Assembly: GCA_023415145.1 (NCBI GenBank)
Contig: JAEZLW010000175.1
Location: 3,766 to 67,765, forward strand
Reading direction: 5' to 3'
Length of the DNA: 64,000 nt
From: Bacillota bacterium
GTDB taxonomy: Bacteria > Bacillota > Clostridia > Christensenellales > Aristaeellaceae
Positions 44,681 to 54,594 of this stretch are shown in pieces (position 1 is the stretch's first letter; each line of letters begins with the position of its first letter). Position numbers and translations under genes: made by a program. The notes under the pieces are model-generated. The model was not told the origin of the DNA and made no database searches. It saw only the letters and a program-made list of their open reading frames with translations.

Positions 44681-46129
44681 TTACTTTCCCAGGAAAGTAT
44701 CCAGTTGCTTTTGGGCCTCGGTGATGACGTCACGGATGCCTATGTCTTCCAGTTCTTTGATGATCTGGGGAATAATCACTTCGGGATCGGAGGTGCCGGT
44801 GATCAGCTCGGCCCAGTACATTTCCTTGATGGCCTTGGCGGCATTGACTTCGTTGGCTACGGGATTGTAGTCAAATGCGAAGCCCATGCCGGCGGAGGTC
44901 ACGGCATTCTTGTAACCGTCCCAAATCACCTGCCACATGTTGGGGTCGGCGGGGACGGAGGGGAACTTGGAAGCTTCCACAGCGCTGAGCGAATAGGAGG
45001 CTTGCGTATAGGCCCAAGGCGCATAGTTGGTGTTGCCAACGTCGGTCTTGGTGAGGGTACCGTCGTCATTCCAGTTGTAGTGGAGGCCCTCGATGCCGTA
45101 ACGCATCATGTTGCGGTATTCTTTGTTGGTGTTGGCATATTCAATGAGCTTCAATGCCTCCACCGGGTGCTTGGAGGCCGCGCTGATGGCGGTCAATGCG
45201 CCGCGCAGGGAGTAAGTGGAGAGGAAGGGGCCATCATACCGGGAGATGGCGGAAGCCTTCTGCCTGGCATTGGACCAGATGGAGTCGGCGCCATAGAAGC
45301 CCTGGCCGGACTGCACGACGCCCTGAGCGCTGCGGCCCATGGACTCTGTGACGGCGGCGTCGGGATTGATGTAGCCCTTTTCGTACCAGCTGCGGATGGT
45401 CTTGATGCGCTCCACAAACTCTGGCATTTCATAGGCAAGGCGGACAGTGCCTTCCGTTTCGGTGCCAATGTCGTTGTAGGAAAGAGCGATTTGGGCATCC
45501 TCGGAGACCCAGTCCAGGAAATTGGCCCAGGAGGTAATGCCGCCCTTGCTCAAAATCAAGGGGTAGGTATCAGGATGATCGGCCTTGTAGGCGGCAAGGT
45601 AGGGCTCGATGTCGGCAAAGCCCATGGTGACAGGCACTTCCATGCCCTTTTCTTTGACGAAGTAATCGATGTCGATGATCCAGAACACTTCGATGCCATA
45701 GTCTTTCATGACGGGTACGGCATAGAGCTTGTCGCCCACAAAGGAGCCCTGCCAGAGCATTTCCGGCATGGATTCCCACAGGGCGGGAGTTTCGGACTTC
45801 ACCAGGTCCTTGATGTCCAGGAACATGCCATCAAAGGCGTTGGTGGCAAAATCGTTGTACCATGCACAGGTGAAGCACATATCAAAGTACTCCCCTGAAG
45901 ACATGGCCAGGGCGATTTCGTCTGCTTTCATGTAAACGCACTTGACGGTAATGCCCAGCTTTTCCCGGGTGATGGCGTTGAGCTGTTCCTCGACCATCGC
46001 CTGGTCAATTGGGGCATCTGCGGCTGTGCCCATCCACCAGATGAGTTCCACAGGTTCTTCCGCGGCGGCGAAGGATGCCATGGAGAGCATCATCACCAGC
46101 ACAAGGAGCAGGGAAACCAGTTTCTTCAT
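44681..46129 (-). CDS. extracellular solute-binding protein, large family-1 (LplA-like) sugar/oligosaccharide SBP
   Basis: Signal peptide MKKLVSLLLVLVMMLSMASFAAA. 482 aa. RBS GGAGGAG. Encoded downstream of two CUT1-type permease genes in the same operon. Confidence 0.8.
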   Translation of the reverse strand: MKKLVSLLLVLVMMLSMASFAAAEEPVELIWWMGTAADAPIDQAMVEEQLNAITREKLGITVKCVYMKADEIALAMSSGEYFDMCFTCAWYNDFATNAFDGMFLDIKDLVKSETPALWESMPEMLWQGSFVGDKLYAVPVMKDYGIEVFWIIDIDYFVKEKGMEVPVTMGFADIEPYLAAYKADHPDTYPLILSKGGITSWANFLDWVSEDAQIALSYNDIGTETEGTVRLAYEMPEFVERIKTIRSWYEKGYINPDAAVTESMGRSAQGVVQSGQGFYGADSIWSNARQKASAISRYDGPFLSTYSLRGALTAISAASKHPVEALKLIEYANTNKEYRNMMRYGIEGLHYNWNDDGTLTKTDVGNTNYAPWAYTQASYSLSAVEASKFPSVPADPNMWQVIWDGYKNAVTSAGMGFAFDYNPVANEVNAAKAIKEMYWAELITGTSDPEVIIPQIIKELEDIGIRDVITEAQKQLDTFLGK

Positions 46130-46196
46130 GAGAGGACTCCTCCTTACCGAATAGTCTTTAACCACAAACAGCCTTCCGGCCGCTGCTTCGAAGGGA

Positions 46197-47162
46197 TCAG
46201 CCTTTGACCGCACCGATGGTCAGGCCTGAAATGAAGTACTTCTGAAAGAAGGGGTAACTGCAGGCGATGGGGGCTACGACGATGACAACAATGGCCATGC
46301 GCATGGTCTCGCTGGGCAGATCCGTAATGCTGTCAGCGCTCATGTAGGCGGCGTTTTTGGTGAGGTATTCGATGCTGCGCTCAATGGAGACCAGCACGTA
46401 TTGCAGGGGGAACAGGTGCGTGTGGGTGCTGCGAAGGTACAAGAGCGCCTGGTACCAGTCGTTCCAGTAGGCAAAGGTGAAAAACAGCCCGATGGTGGCG
46501 ATGGCCGGCAGGGAGATGGGCAGTACAAGCTGTAAAAAAATACGGAATTGGGATGCGCCGTCCAGCTTACCCGACTCAATGACGGAATCGGGGACGGTGG
46601 TGGTGAAAAAGGTGCGCAGGATGATGACGTAAAACGAGGAGCAGGCCAGTGGCAATATCAGACCCAGATAGGAGTTTTGCAGGCCCAACAGCTGGGTGTT
46701 CACCACATAGGTGGACACCAGCCCTCCATGGAACAGCATGGGGATAAAAATAAAGTAGGTGTAGTATTTGCGCATCCTGAAGCTTTTGCGGGAAAGGGCG
46801 TAGCCCATGGTGGTTGTCAGCGTAAGCCCCAGAAGCGTACCTAAAAGGGTAACACCGATGGAGTTGAAAAATGCCCGCCCGATCAGGGACCGCATACCCC
46901 ACATGTACTTGTAGGCGGATGTGCCCCAGGCCTCCGGCAGGAAGCTGTACCCGTTTTTGGCGATGGAGGCTTCCGAGGAAAAGGAAATAACGATTACGAA
47001 CATCACCGGCGCTACCGCCAGCAGCGCCAGCAGTATAAACAGCAGGGAGCCCAAGGTATTGGTCATTGGGCGGATACGGTTGAAACGGCTCAAACCTTCT
47101 TCTAATATTTTCCTTTTTGCCACAGGTTCATACGAGGGGAGACTTTCGCCTGTACTGTGCAT
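46197..47162 (-). CDS. carbohydrate ABC transporter permease (LplC/MalG-like)
   Basis: Polytopic, with an EAA-like loop ESGKLDGASQFRIFLQLVLP. RBS GGAAGGAG. Confidence 0.85.
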   Translation of the reverse strand: MHSTGESLPSYEPVAKRKILEEGLSRFNRIRPMTNTLGSLLFILLALLAVAPVMFVIVISFSSEASIAKNGYSFLPEAWGTSAYKYMWGMRSLIGRAFFNSIGVTLLGTLLGLTLTTTMGYALSRKSFRMRKYYTYFIFIPMLFHGGLVSTYVVNTQLLGLQNSYLGLILPLACSSFYVIILRTFFTTTVPDSVIESGKLDGASQFRIFLQLVLPISLPAIATIGLFFTFAYWNDWYQALLYLRSTHTHLFPLQYVLVSIERSIEYLTKNAAYMSADSITDLPSETMRMAIVVIVVAPIACSYPFFQKYFISGLTIGAVKG

Positions 47163-47179
47163 GTGTTCCGTCTCCTTCC

Positions 47180-48148
47180 TTAAAACAGTGAGCTGTCCGC
47201 GTCGATGCGCTTGACAACCATGTTGGCGATAAGCAGTGTCAGGCAGCCGAAAACAGACTGTAAAAAGCCTGCGGCGGACGCGTAATTGTACTGGGGTTTG
47301 CTGGAACCGCGCAGTGCGTTGTACACGTAGACGTCAATGGTCAGCGTTACGCTGGTTAACGAGTTGGAGTTTTGCGTGGCGCGGTAGAACAGGCCAAAGT
47401 CGGAGTTGAAGATGCGGCCCACTGCCATGATGAACATGATGCTCATGATGGGCCGAAGCAGCGGCAATGTGATATAGCGTATCTGCTGGCTCTTTTTTGC
47501 GCCGTCGATGACGGCCGCCTCATACAGCGAACCGTCGATGCCGCTGATGGCGGCCATATACACCACCATGCCGTAGCCTACGGTTTTCCATACCTGTAAA
47601 AAGGTTAAAACAAATGGCCACTTTTCCGGTGTCTGATACCAGAGCACAGGTGTCCCGCCGGAGGCTTTTATCAAATTGTTGATAAGCCCTTTGTCCGTGG
47701 AAAGAAACGCAAATACAAAATATCCAACCACCACCCAAGACAGGAAGTGAGGCAGGAACATGGCTGTTTGGCAAAATTTCGCAACCCGTTTGGAATAAAG
47801 CTCAGACAGCAATATGGCCAGGGACACCGGCAACACAACACCCAGTATGATGAAGACCAGGTTATAGCCCAGCGTGTTGCGAAGCATCATGGCCACATAT
47901 TTGGTTTTGAACAGATACTCAAAGTTGTCAAGGCCGCTCCATGGGCTGTTGACAAACAGGCTGTACAAGAATCCCTGACCGGCGGCTACTTTGTAGTTCT
48001 TGAAGGCGATGATGATGCCAAACATGGGAACATAGCAAAACAGGATATACCATACCGCTGTGGGCAGCGAAAGCGTAAAAAGCTGAAGGTCATCCAGGGT
48101 AAAGCGGAATTTCCTGCGCTTAGCCTTAAGCGGACTTTGTGAAAGCAT
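47180..48148 (-). CDS. carbohydrate ABC transporter permease (LplB/MalF-like)
   Basis: Polytopic, with an EAA loop YEAAVIDGAKKSQQIRYITLPLL. ATG lies 6 nt after GGAGGG. Confidence 0.85.
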   Translation of the reverse strand: MLSQSPLKAKRRKFRFTLDDLQLFTLSLPTAVWYILFCYVPMFGIIIAFKNYKVAAGQGFLYSLFVNSPWSGLDNFEYLFKTKYVAMMLRNTLGYNLVFIILGVVLPVSLAILLSELYSKRVAKFCQTAMFLPHFLSWVVVGYFVFAFLSTDKGLINNLIKASGGTPVLWYQTPEKWPFVLTFLQVWKTVGYGMVVYMAAISGIDGSLYEAAVIDGAKKSQQIRYITLPLLRPIMSIMFIMAVGRIFNSDFGLFYRATQNSNSLTSVTLTIDVYVYNALRGSSKPQYNYASAAGFLQSVFGCLTLLIANMVVKRIDADSSLF

Positions 48149-48183
48149 AAAACACCCTCCAGACAAGGATTCATTGCGCCTGA

Positions 48184-49224
48184 TTACCGGAAGACCGCGG
48201 CGTACACCCTGTTGTGGAACAGCCGCCTGAACCGCTGTATGGCGGGATTACCCCTTTTGGGGTGCACCGCGTTGGTTAAGAGCACCGCATACAGCCCGGT
48301 TTCCGGGTCCACCGCAAGGCTCGTGCCGGTAAATCCTGTATGCCCAAAGGATGTGGCGGGGAATAAATCACCCATAAAGCTTCCTGGGCCGCCGCTCACA
48401 TGAAATCCCAGGCCTCTGTGGACATCGTGCTCCGGCGTTTTGTCCATGATGGCCATGCGAAGTGTTGCCGGGCTTATTAGCGGCGCACCGCCTGCTGCCA
48501 GCATTTTCGCAAAGAGCATCACGTCGCCCACATTGCTGAACAGGCCTGCGTTGGCCGATACGCCTCCCAAGAAGCGGGCGTTTTCGTCGTGGACAATTCC
48601 CCTAATGGGGCGGCCTGTGGCTTCATCCATCTCGGTGGCAGCGATGTTCCCGCCCACGGGGCAGTAACTTGTTTGGGTCATGCCAAGAGGCGTGAAGATA
48701 TGCTCCTGCGCCAGTACGTTCAGCGGCTTGCCGTACACCTTTTCCAGTATGGAACCAAGAAGGATGTAGCCCATGCAGGAATAACGGGGCCTCTGGCCAG
48801 GTGGCCCTTGAAGGGGATGCGCAAGGATCGCAGATGAAACATCGGAAGGATCATAACAAACCTTCTCCAAAAGAAAGCTGGGCGCAATGCCGCCGGTATG
48901 GGTCATCAAATGTAAGACGGTAATATCCGCTTTGTCCTGGGGCGCATCAAAGAAACGGGAAAGCGTATCGTCCAAAACAAGCAATCCCTTTTCCAAAGCC
49001 AACAGGGCCAGCATGGTGGGCACGATCACTTTGGTCATTGATGCCAGGTCGTATCGTGTTTCAAGGTTTGCATTTTCGGTGCCTTGAAGGGAAAGCTTTC
49101 CCGTGGCATGGGTGAAAAGCGTTTGCCCCATATGGCCAATGCCCACTGCTGCCGAGGGGAAAACACCTTGGGCAACCGCATCGTCCAGCATGCCTGGGAG
49201 GAAGTCAAACCGTTCCATGCGCAC
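48184..49224 (-). CDS. beta-lactamase-family serine hydrolase (candidate AmiE-like MurNAc-L-Ala amidase)
   Basis: SxxK motif in DLASMTKVIV. 346 aa with no signal peptide. The functional suggestion comes from the muropeptide-rescue gene context only. Confidence 0.7.
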   Translation of the reverse strand: MRMERFDFLPGMLDDAVAQGVFPSAAVGIGHMGQTLFTHATGKLSLQGTENANLETRYDLASMTKVIVPTMLALLALEKGLLVLDDTLSRFFDAPQDKADITVLHLMTHTGGIAPSFLLEKVCYDPSDVSSAILAHPLQGPPGQRPRYSCMGYILLGSILEKVYGKPLNVLAQEHIFTPLGMTQTSYCPVGGNIAATEMDEATGRPIRGIVHDENARFLGGVSANAGLFSNVGDVMLFAKMLAAGGAPLISPATLRMAIMDKTPEHDVHRGLGFHVSGGPGSFMGDLFPATSFGHTGFTGTSLAVDPETGLYAVLLTNAVHPKRGNPAIQRFRRLFHNRVYAAVFR

Positions 49225-49264
49225 CGCCTTATCAAATCAGTCCGGACCGCTTATCCCTTATCGA

Positions 49265-49975
49265 TCATAACAGGTCCATTTTCTGCCGCTTGCCAAAGAA
49301 AGACGTTCCGAAGCAGGTGGCATGATCGCAGCCGATGATCGCGCCGCGCATAATGCTCAGCGCCTCATAATACCGCAGGTATTTGAAACTTGGGGAATTT
49401 TCCGCCAACCAGAGCTTTTTTACGGCTTGCTTCCAAAGAGGAAAAGCGCCGGTCACGTCAAAATAGAAGTAAGGCGAAAAGCCCTCCGCATCCTCCCAGT
49501 TTTCCGCGTACATGGCACGGCCGATGGGAGCCGGCGGCAGAGGATGCTCATAGGTGGGAAGAGAGGCAAAAAAGATGGCGTTTTTGGTAATAGTATGCGC
49601 TGTCATATGGTCCTTATGCAGGCTGTTTTGCCAGTGGTACAGCACGGCCCCCGCATGCTTTTCCCGCATGATTCGGGCAAGGTGCAGTTCCAATTCCTGA
49701 CTTTCGTACAGTTCTCCGTCGGGTATGTCCAAAACGATGCTTTCCCCGCCCAGCATATGTGCAAAGTTTTTGGCGGCTTCTACATTCTGCTGCTTAAATT
49801 CTTTGGTGGTAATGCCTTTGGGCGCGCTCCGCTCCCCGGCGGTCAAATCCACGATGACCACCTTGTCTCCCGCCATGGCGTGCTTGCATAGGAGCATGCC
49901 ACTGGTAAGCTGCGCGTCCCCCGTATGGGCTCCCACAGCCAGAATTGTTTTTTGCCTGCGTTCACTCAAGCGCAA
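49265..49975 (-). CDS. PIG-L/LmbE-family deacetylase
   Basis: ILAVGAHTGDAQLTSG...DLTAGE is the PIG-L motif region. TTG start. Confidence 0.75.
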   Translation of the reverse strand: MRLSERRQKTILAVGAHTGDAQLTSGMLLCKHAMAGDKVVIVDLTAGERSAPKGITTKEFKQQNVEAAKNFAHMLGGESIVLDIPDGELYESQELELHLARIMREKHAGAVLYHWQNSLHKDHMTAHTITKNAIFFASLPTYEHPLPPAPIGRAMYAENWEDAEGFSPYFYFDVTGAFPLWKQAVKKLWLAENSPSFKYLRYYEALSIMRGAIIGCDHATCFGTSFFGKRQKMDLL

Positions 49976-50063
49976 TCCCCCCTTGTTAAGCGGCCGGTCC
50001 TGACTGAGCAGCTTGATTTTTTCTTAATTGTAGCAGTGTTTATCTAAAAAGTAAATGTAATTT

Positions 50064-50079
50064 TTTTTGTATACAAAAA
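50064..50079. promoter_or_regulatory. perfect 16-bp palindrome TTTTTGTATACAAAAA (candidate MurR operator)
   Basis: Lies in the AT-rich divergent intergenic region between the PIG-L operon and murR, about 16 nt upstream of the murR -35 box. Confidence 0.35.
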
Positions 50080-50094
50080 TTTTTATGTAACTTA

Positions 50095-50122
50095 TTGCGG
50101 ATTTTGATTTCTATGATACAAT
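50095..50122 (+). promoter_or_regulatory. sigma-A promoter of the murR-murQ operon
   Basis: TTGCGG (50095-50100), a 16-nt spacer and an extended -10 TGATACAAT (50114-50122). Confidence 0.55.
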
Positions 50123-50220
50123 AGAGGCAGCAGCAAATGCCGCAATCATAAGCGTCACAAGCCACAATAGGGTGGCCGGAATAAGCGCCTTTTTAGAAGG
50201 CCAGGACAAGGAGAATTTGT

Positions 50221-51072
50221 ATGACGGATTGTATCCTCAAGCTGCAGGAGCTGATGGACACATTCTCCCCCGCGGAGCAGCGGGTGGCCACCTATATTTT
50301 GCATCACCGTACGCAATTGGTCGGGACGCCCATCGATGAAGTCGCCAAGGCCTGCCACACCAGTAAAACCACCGTGGTCAGACTGTGCAAGCTAACCGGT
50401 TATAAAGGATTCAAGGAATTTTGCATGGCCTTGTCCGCCAATCTGGCCGTGAAGAAGGAAAATCCGTTAACCTACACCGATGTACAGACAGGCAGCGATT
50501 TGGCCCACATCATGGAAGACACCACCCGCCGCAACATCGGCGGGCTGCAAAGCACCATGCAGGTTTTGTCTTATGAAGAACTGGATAAGGCAGTTGAAGC
50601 TATTCACAAGGCGAAGCGGGTGGATTTTTACGGCATGGGGATATCCGCCCTGGTGGCGATGGATGCCCAGCACAAGTTCCTGCGTATCAACAAGACATCC
50701 CTAACTTCACTGGATCCCCATGTCCAGGTGGTATGCGCGGCCAGCCTGAAAGAAGGCGATGTGGCGGTGTTCTTTTCCTATTCCGGTGAGACCAGCGACA
50801 CATTGGCAACGCTGCAGGTGGCAAAGCAAAGCGGAGCCACCGCCATTTCCGTAACAAAATATGCACCCAACCCCCTTTCCCAGAGGTGTGACATCCAATT
50901 GCATGTGGCTTGTTCCGAGGTGGCGGTGCGCACCGGCGCCATGTCTTCCCGCATTGCCATGCTGCATATTTCTGATTTGTTGTTCTCTGCCGTGATCGCA
51001 AAGGAGTATGATGAAGCCAAGACTGTGCTGGACCGCTCTTTGTGGGCGGCCAGCTACAAAAAAGTAAAATAG
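50221..51072 (+). CDS. murR: MurR/RpiR-family transcriptional regulator
   Basis: N-terminal HTH_6 (FSPAEQRVATYIL...) and a SIS domain (VDFYGMGISALVA). Adjacent to murQ. Confidence 0.85.
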   Translation: MTDCILKLQELMDTFSPAEQRVATYILHHRTQLVGTPIDEVAKACHTSKTTVVRLCKLTGYKGFKEFCMALSANLAVKKENPLTYTDVQTGSDLAHIMEDTTRRNIGGLQSTMQVLSYEELDKAVEAIHKAKRVDFYGMGISALVAMDAQHKFLRINKTSLTSLDPHVQVVCAASLKEGDVAVFFSYSGETSDTLATLQVAKQSGATAISVTKYAPNPLSQRCDIQLHVACSEVAVRTGAMSSRIAMLHISDLLFSAVIAKEYDEAKTVLDRSLWAASYKKVK

Positions 51073-51130
51073 CTTACTTGAATACAGGAATAGCTGAAGG
51101 CGGCTATGCGGCTGTGAAGGGGAGACAACA

Positions 51131-52045
51131 ATGAATTTTGAGCAGCTTTCTACGGAGCAGGTAAACCGAAAAAGCCTGAACCTGGATGATATGACGCCTT
51201 ACCAGGCGGCTATGTTGATGAACGAAATCGACAGCCAGGCATCTATGGCGGTGAAAACGGTGCTGCCGCAAATCGCTGAAGCGGTGGAGGTCATTTCCTC
51301 CCGCATGAGGTCAGGCGGACGGCTTTTGTATGCAGGGGCGGGAACCAGCGGCCGCCTTGGGGTGCTGGACGCGTCCGAATGCCCGCCAACCTTTGGCGTA
51401 GAACCCGGCCTGGTGGTAGGCGTCATTGCCGGGGGTGATACGGCATTGCGCTTTTCCATCGAGGGTGCGGAGGATATGCCCGATCTGGGCCGGGAGGACA
51501 TGCAAAAAAACGGACTGTGCGGTTTGGATGTGCTTGTGGCCATCAGTTCCAGCGGGTATGCCCCTTATTGCGTGGGGGCGCTTGACTATGCCAGGGAACA
51601 GCGGGCATTCGCCATCGCATTGACCTGCAATGAAGGCTCCATCATCTCAAGTCATGCCGATCTGGCCATAGAGATTCCCACCGGGCCGGAGATTTTGTCC
51701 GGTTCCACGCGCCTGAAGGCAGGCACCGCCACCAAAATGGTGCTGAACATGCTATCCACCCTGTCCATGGTGCAGCTTGGCAAGGTTTACAAAAACCTGA
51801 TGGTGGACATGAAACCAAGCAACAACAAGCTGAACGACCGGGCCGTGCGCATTGTGAAGTACGCATTGAACCTGGAAGACCGGCATGATGCCGAAGCGCT
51901 TTTGCAAAAGGCGAACGGCAATGTCAAGGCGGCCATCGTGATGGCTTTGTCCCAGGCGGATTATCCATCCGCCATGAAGGCGCTGAAGAAGCAAAACGGG
52001 TTCGTACGCCGTGCGGTGGCGTATCTTCTGGAGAAACTTGCATAG
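51131..52045 (+). CDS. murQ: N-acetylmuramic acid 6-phosphate etherase
   Basis: GRLLYAGAGTSGRLGVLDASECPPTFG and GSTRLKAGTATKMVLNMLST are canonical MurQ motifs. Confidence 0.93.
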   Translation: MNFEQLSTEQVNRKSLNLDDMTPYQAAMLMNEIDSQASMAVKTVLPQIAEAVEVISSRMRSGGRLLYAGAGTSGRLGVLDASECPPTFGVEPGLVVGVIAGGDTALRFSIEGAEDMPDLGREDMQKNGLCGLDVLVAISSSGYAPYCVGALDYAREQRAFAIALTCNEGSIISSHADLAIEIPTGPEILSGSTRLKAGTATKMVLNMLSTLSMVQLGKVYKNLMVDMKPSNNKLNDRAVRIVKYALNLEDRHDAEALLQKANGNVKAAIVMALSQADYPSAMKALKKQNGFVRRAVAYLLEKLA

Positions 52046-52069
52046 CTCAGCCTTATCAGGAGGCATTTT

Positions 52070-53623
52070 ATGAGACCATTGGATAACAGGCAAAAGATTG
52101 GCCAGCGGCTTTTCGCCGGCTTTTTAGGAACCGGGATGAATGAGGATTTTGTCCGTCTGGTGAAGGAGCACAAGGTAGGCAATGTAATCCTTTTCAAGGA
52201 GAACATTGCGGACAAATTGCAGCTTCAAAAGCTGTGCGCTGACATACAGGATTTGCTTCTTTGGGAAACGGGTTATCCAGCCTTTATTGCCATCGACCAG
52301 GAGGGAGGCCCGGTGTCGCGCCTTCCTGCCGACGCAGCCGTGATCCCCGGCGCCATGGCCATTTCCGCCACGGGGAACACGCAAAACGCCTATGAAGCCG
52401 GCCTGATTACAGGCCTGGAGCTTGCAGCCCTTGGGGTGAACTTCAACCTTTCACCGGTGATGGATATCAACTCCAATCCCCACAATCCTGTGATCGGCGT
52501 AAGAAGCTACGGCGATACCAAGGATACGGTCATAGCCTTTGGCCTTTCAATGATACGGGGGCTTACGGATGCGGGCATACTCTGTGCGGCCAAGCATTTC
52601 CCGGGCCATGGAGATACGGCGGTGGATTCTCATGTTGGACTGCCTTGCGTCGACAAATCCTTGCAGGAGCTTTCTTCCTGTGAACTGAAAAGCTTTGAGG
52701 CAGCCATCGATGCGGGGGTACCCGCCATCATGACTTCCCATATACTGTTTCCCAAGTTGGAAGGGGAAAAGATTCCGGCAACCATGTCCCGGCGCATCAT
52801 CACCGGGCTTTTGAAGGAGAAGTTGGGCTTTTCAGGGCTGGTGCTCAGCGATTGCATGATGATGAATGCCATTGCAGGCCACTATGGCACCGTGGCAGGC
52901 AGTCTCATGGCGGCAAGGGCCGGGGTGGACCTTTTGTTTATTTCCCACAGCGTCAAGCTGGCGGGGGAAACGGCCCAGGCAATGCTTGATGCGCTAGAAG
53001 AAGGCCAATTGGATGCGGAAGAGATGGAAGCCTCCGTTGAAAAGATTCTTCAGTATAAGCGAAAATTGTCATCCATAAAATCGCCGCCTATTGAAACGGT
53101 GGGATGCAGTGCTCACCGGGAGGCCGTGGCCCGCATGATGAAAGAGGCGGTGACGGAGGTGAACGTTCCGCCATCAGGCCGCCCGGCGCTGGGTGATTCG
53201 CCTATCTTCCTGGGCTGTATGCCTTTCCGGCCAAACAATGCATCCAATCCGGAGGATTCCAGGTGGAATTTTCCCGTGTACATGGCAAAGGAATTGGGCG
53301 GGGAGTACCGCATCACCTCCGCCGACCCTGATGCGCTAGAAATTGATGATCTATTAAGAGAAGTCCGGGGTCATACCTGCCTTGTCCTTGGCACCCAGAA
53401 CGGACATATCCGCCACGGGCAGCTAGCTTTGGCGCAGGCGCTTGTTCAAACAGGCATCCCGGTTATCTGCGTGGCGCTGAGAAACCCGTATGACCTTGCA
53501 AAGCTGCCGGGAAACGTATATACACTGGCTGCTTACGGCTACGATTCTCTCAGCCTTGCGGCTGTTGCCGCTGTGCTTTCAGGCAGGGAAAAAGCCCTTG
53601 GACATCTTCCTGTAAAGCTGTGA
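52070..53623 (+). CDS. nagZ: GH3 beta-N-acetylhexosaminidase (NagZ-like) with C-terminal extension
   Basis: KHFPGHGDTAVDSHVGLP and AIDQEGG motifs. No signal peptide, so it is probably cytoplasmic. Confidence 0.85.
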   Translation: MRPLDNRQKIGQRLFAGFLGTGMNEDFVRLVKEHKVGNVILFKENIADKLQLQKLCADIQDLLLWETGYPAFIAIDQEGGPVSRLPADAAVIPGAMAISATGNTQNAYEAGLITGLELAALGVNFNLSPVMDINSNPHNPVIGVRSYGDTKDTVIAFGLSMIRGLTDAGILCAAKHFPGHGDTAVDSHVGLPCVDKSLQELSSCELKSFEAAIDAGVPAIMTSHILFPKLEGEKIPATMSRRIITGLLKEKLGFSGLVLSDCMMMNAIAGHYGTVAGSLMAARAGVDLLFISHSVKLAGETAQAMLDALEEGQLDAEEMEASVEKILQYKRKLSSIKSPPIETVGCSAHREAVARMMKEAVTEVNVPPSGRPALGDSPIFLGCMPFRPNNASNPEDSRWNFPVYMAKELGGEYRITSADPDALEIDDLLREVRGHTCLVLGTQNGHIRHGQLALAQALVQTGIPVICVALRNPYDLAKLPGNVYTLAAYGYDSLSLAAVAAVLSGREKALGHLPVKL

Positions 53624-53636
53624 AGGAGATATCTAT

Positions 53637-54584
53637 ATGGCCTATGTAACCGGCTGGGACGGCGGCGGAACAAAAACCGCCGTGGCATATATGGATTTGG
53701 ACGGCGCTGTGCTGAGCAGGGCAGCTTTTGGCCCGCTGAACCTGAACGGCAGTTCTCCTGAACTGGTGCGGCAAACTGTAAGGGAAGCCATTGCGGATAT
53801 GTCAAAAATGCCAGGCGGAGTTGCGGGATGCGCTGCGTTGCAGGTGGGCTTTGCGGGAGCAAGCAACCCTTCGGCCCGTATGCTGCTTCAAGGAGCCATC
53901 CGGGAGGAAGGCTTTGCAGGCGAACTGCGATTGGCGGGCGACCATGAGACCATGCTCCATGGCGCTGTGGGCGGGGAGGGAGCGGTGCTCATATCGGGCA
54001 CCGGCTCTGTCGCTTTAGGAAGAAACGGCCTTGGTGATACCTTCCGCTGCGGGGGTTGGGGCTACCTGATTGGGGATGAGGGCAGCGGCTATGCCATTGG
54101 CCGAGACATCCTTCAGGCGGTGGCTCGGGCGCACGACGGGCGAGGAAATACAACCTGCCTGCAAAAACAGGTGTTTGAGGCTCTTGCCATATCTTCCATG
54201 GAGGAACTGATCAAATATGTGTATGATCCTTCTTCGGACAAGGCAAAGATTGCTTCACTGGCTCCTTTATTGATTCCCGCGCTTGAGAAGGGCGATGAAA
54301 CGGCCAGGGAGATTGCCCAAAGGGCGGCCGGGGAACTGCATTTGCTGGCTGCAACGGTCATTGATAGATTGGTGCTTGAGGCCGGGACGATTGCGTTTGC
54401 CGGCAGCATACTGACTCAAATATCGATTATCCGAGAAAAGTTGGAATCGGCGCTTGTTTCTCGGTATCCTGACCTGTCAATCATACAGCCAAAGCAGGAT
54501 GCAGCCTTTGGCGCGGCAGCCATGGCATTGGAGGCCGTAAAAAAGCATGGGAATGAGCAGATTCATATCATATCGAAACTTTGA
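53637..54584 (+). CDS. BadF/BadG/BcrA/BcrD-type sugar kinase (GlcNAc/MurNAc kinase candidate, MurK-like)
   Basis: N-terminal GWDGGGTKTA phosphate-1 motif and GWGYLIGDEGSGYAIG. Sits in operon context with murQ. Confidence 0.8.
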   Translation: MAYVTGWDGGGTKTAVAYMDLDGAVLSRAAFGPLNLNGSSPELVRQTVREAIADMSKMPGGVAGCAALQVGFAGASNPSARMLLQGAIREEGFAGELRLAGDHETMLHGAVGGEGAVLISGTGSVALGRNGLGDTFRCGGWGYLIGDEGSGYAIGRDILQAVARAHDGRGNTTCLQKQVFEALAISSMEELIKYVYDPSSDKAKIASLAPLLIPALEKGDETAREIAQRAAGELHLLAATVIDRLVLEAGTIAFAGSILTQISIIREKLESALVSRYPDLSIIQPKQDAAFGAAAMALEAVKKHGNEQIHIISKL

Positions 54585-54594
54585 TGCATTGAAA

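Noticed and set aside
44642-45898. 418-aa plus-strand ORF opposite the sugar SBP gene
   Set aside because: It is an antisense shadow ORF with a Gly/Val/His/Asp-rich nonsense composition. The minus-strand SBP has a signal peptide and an RBS.
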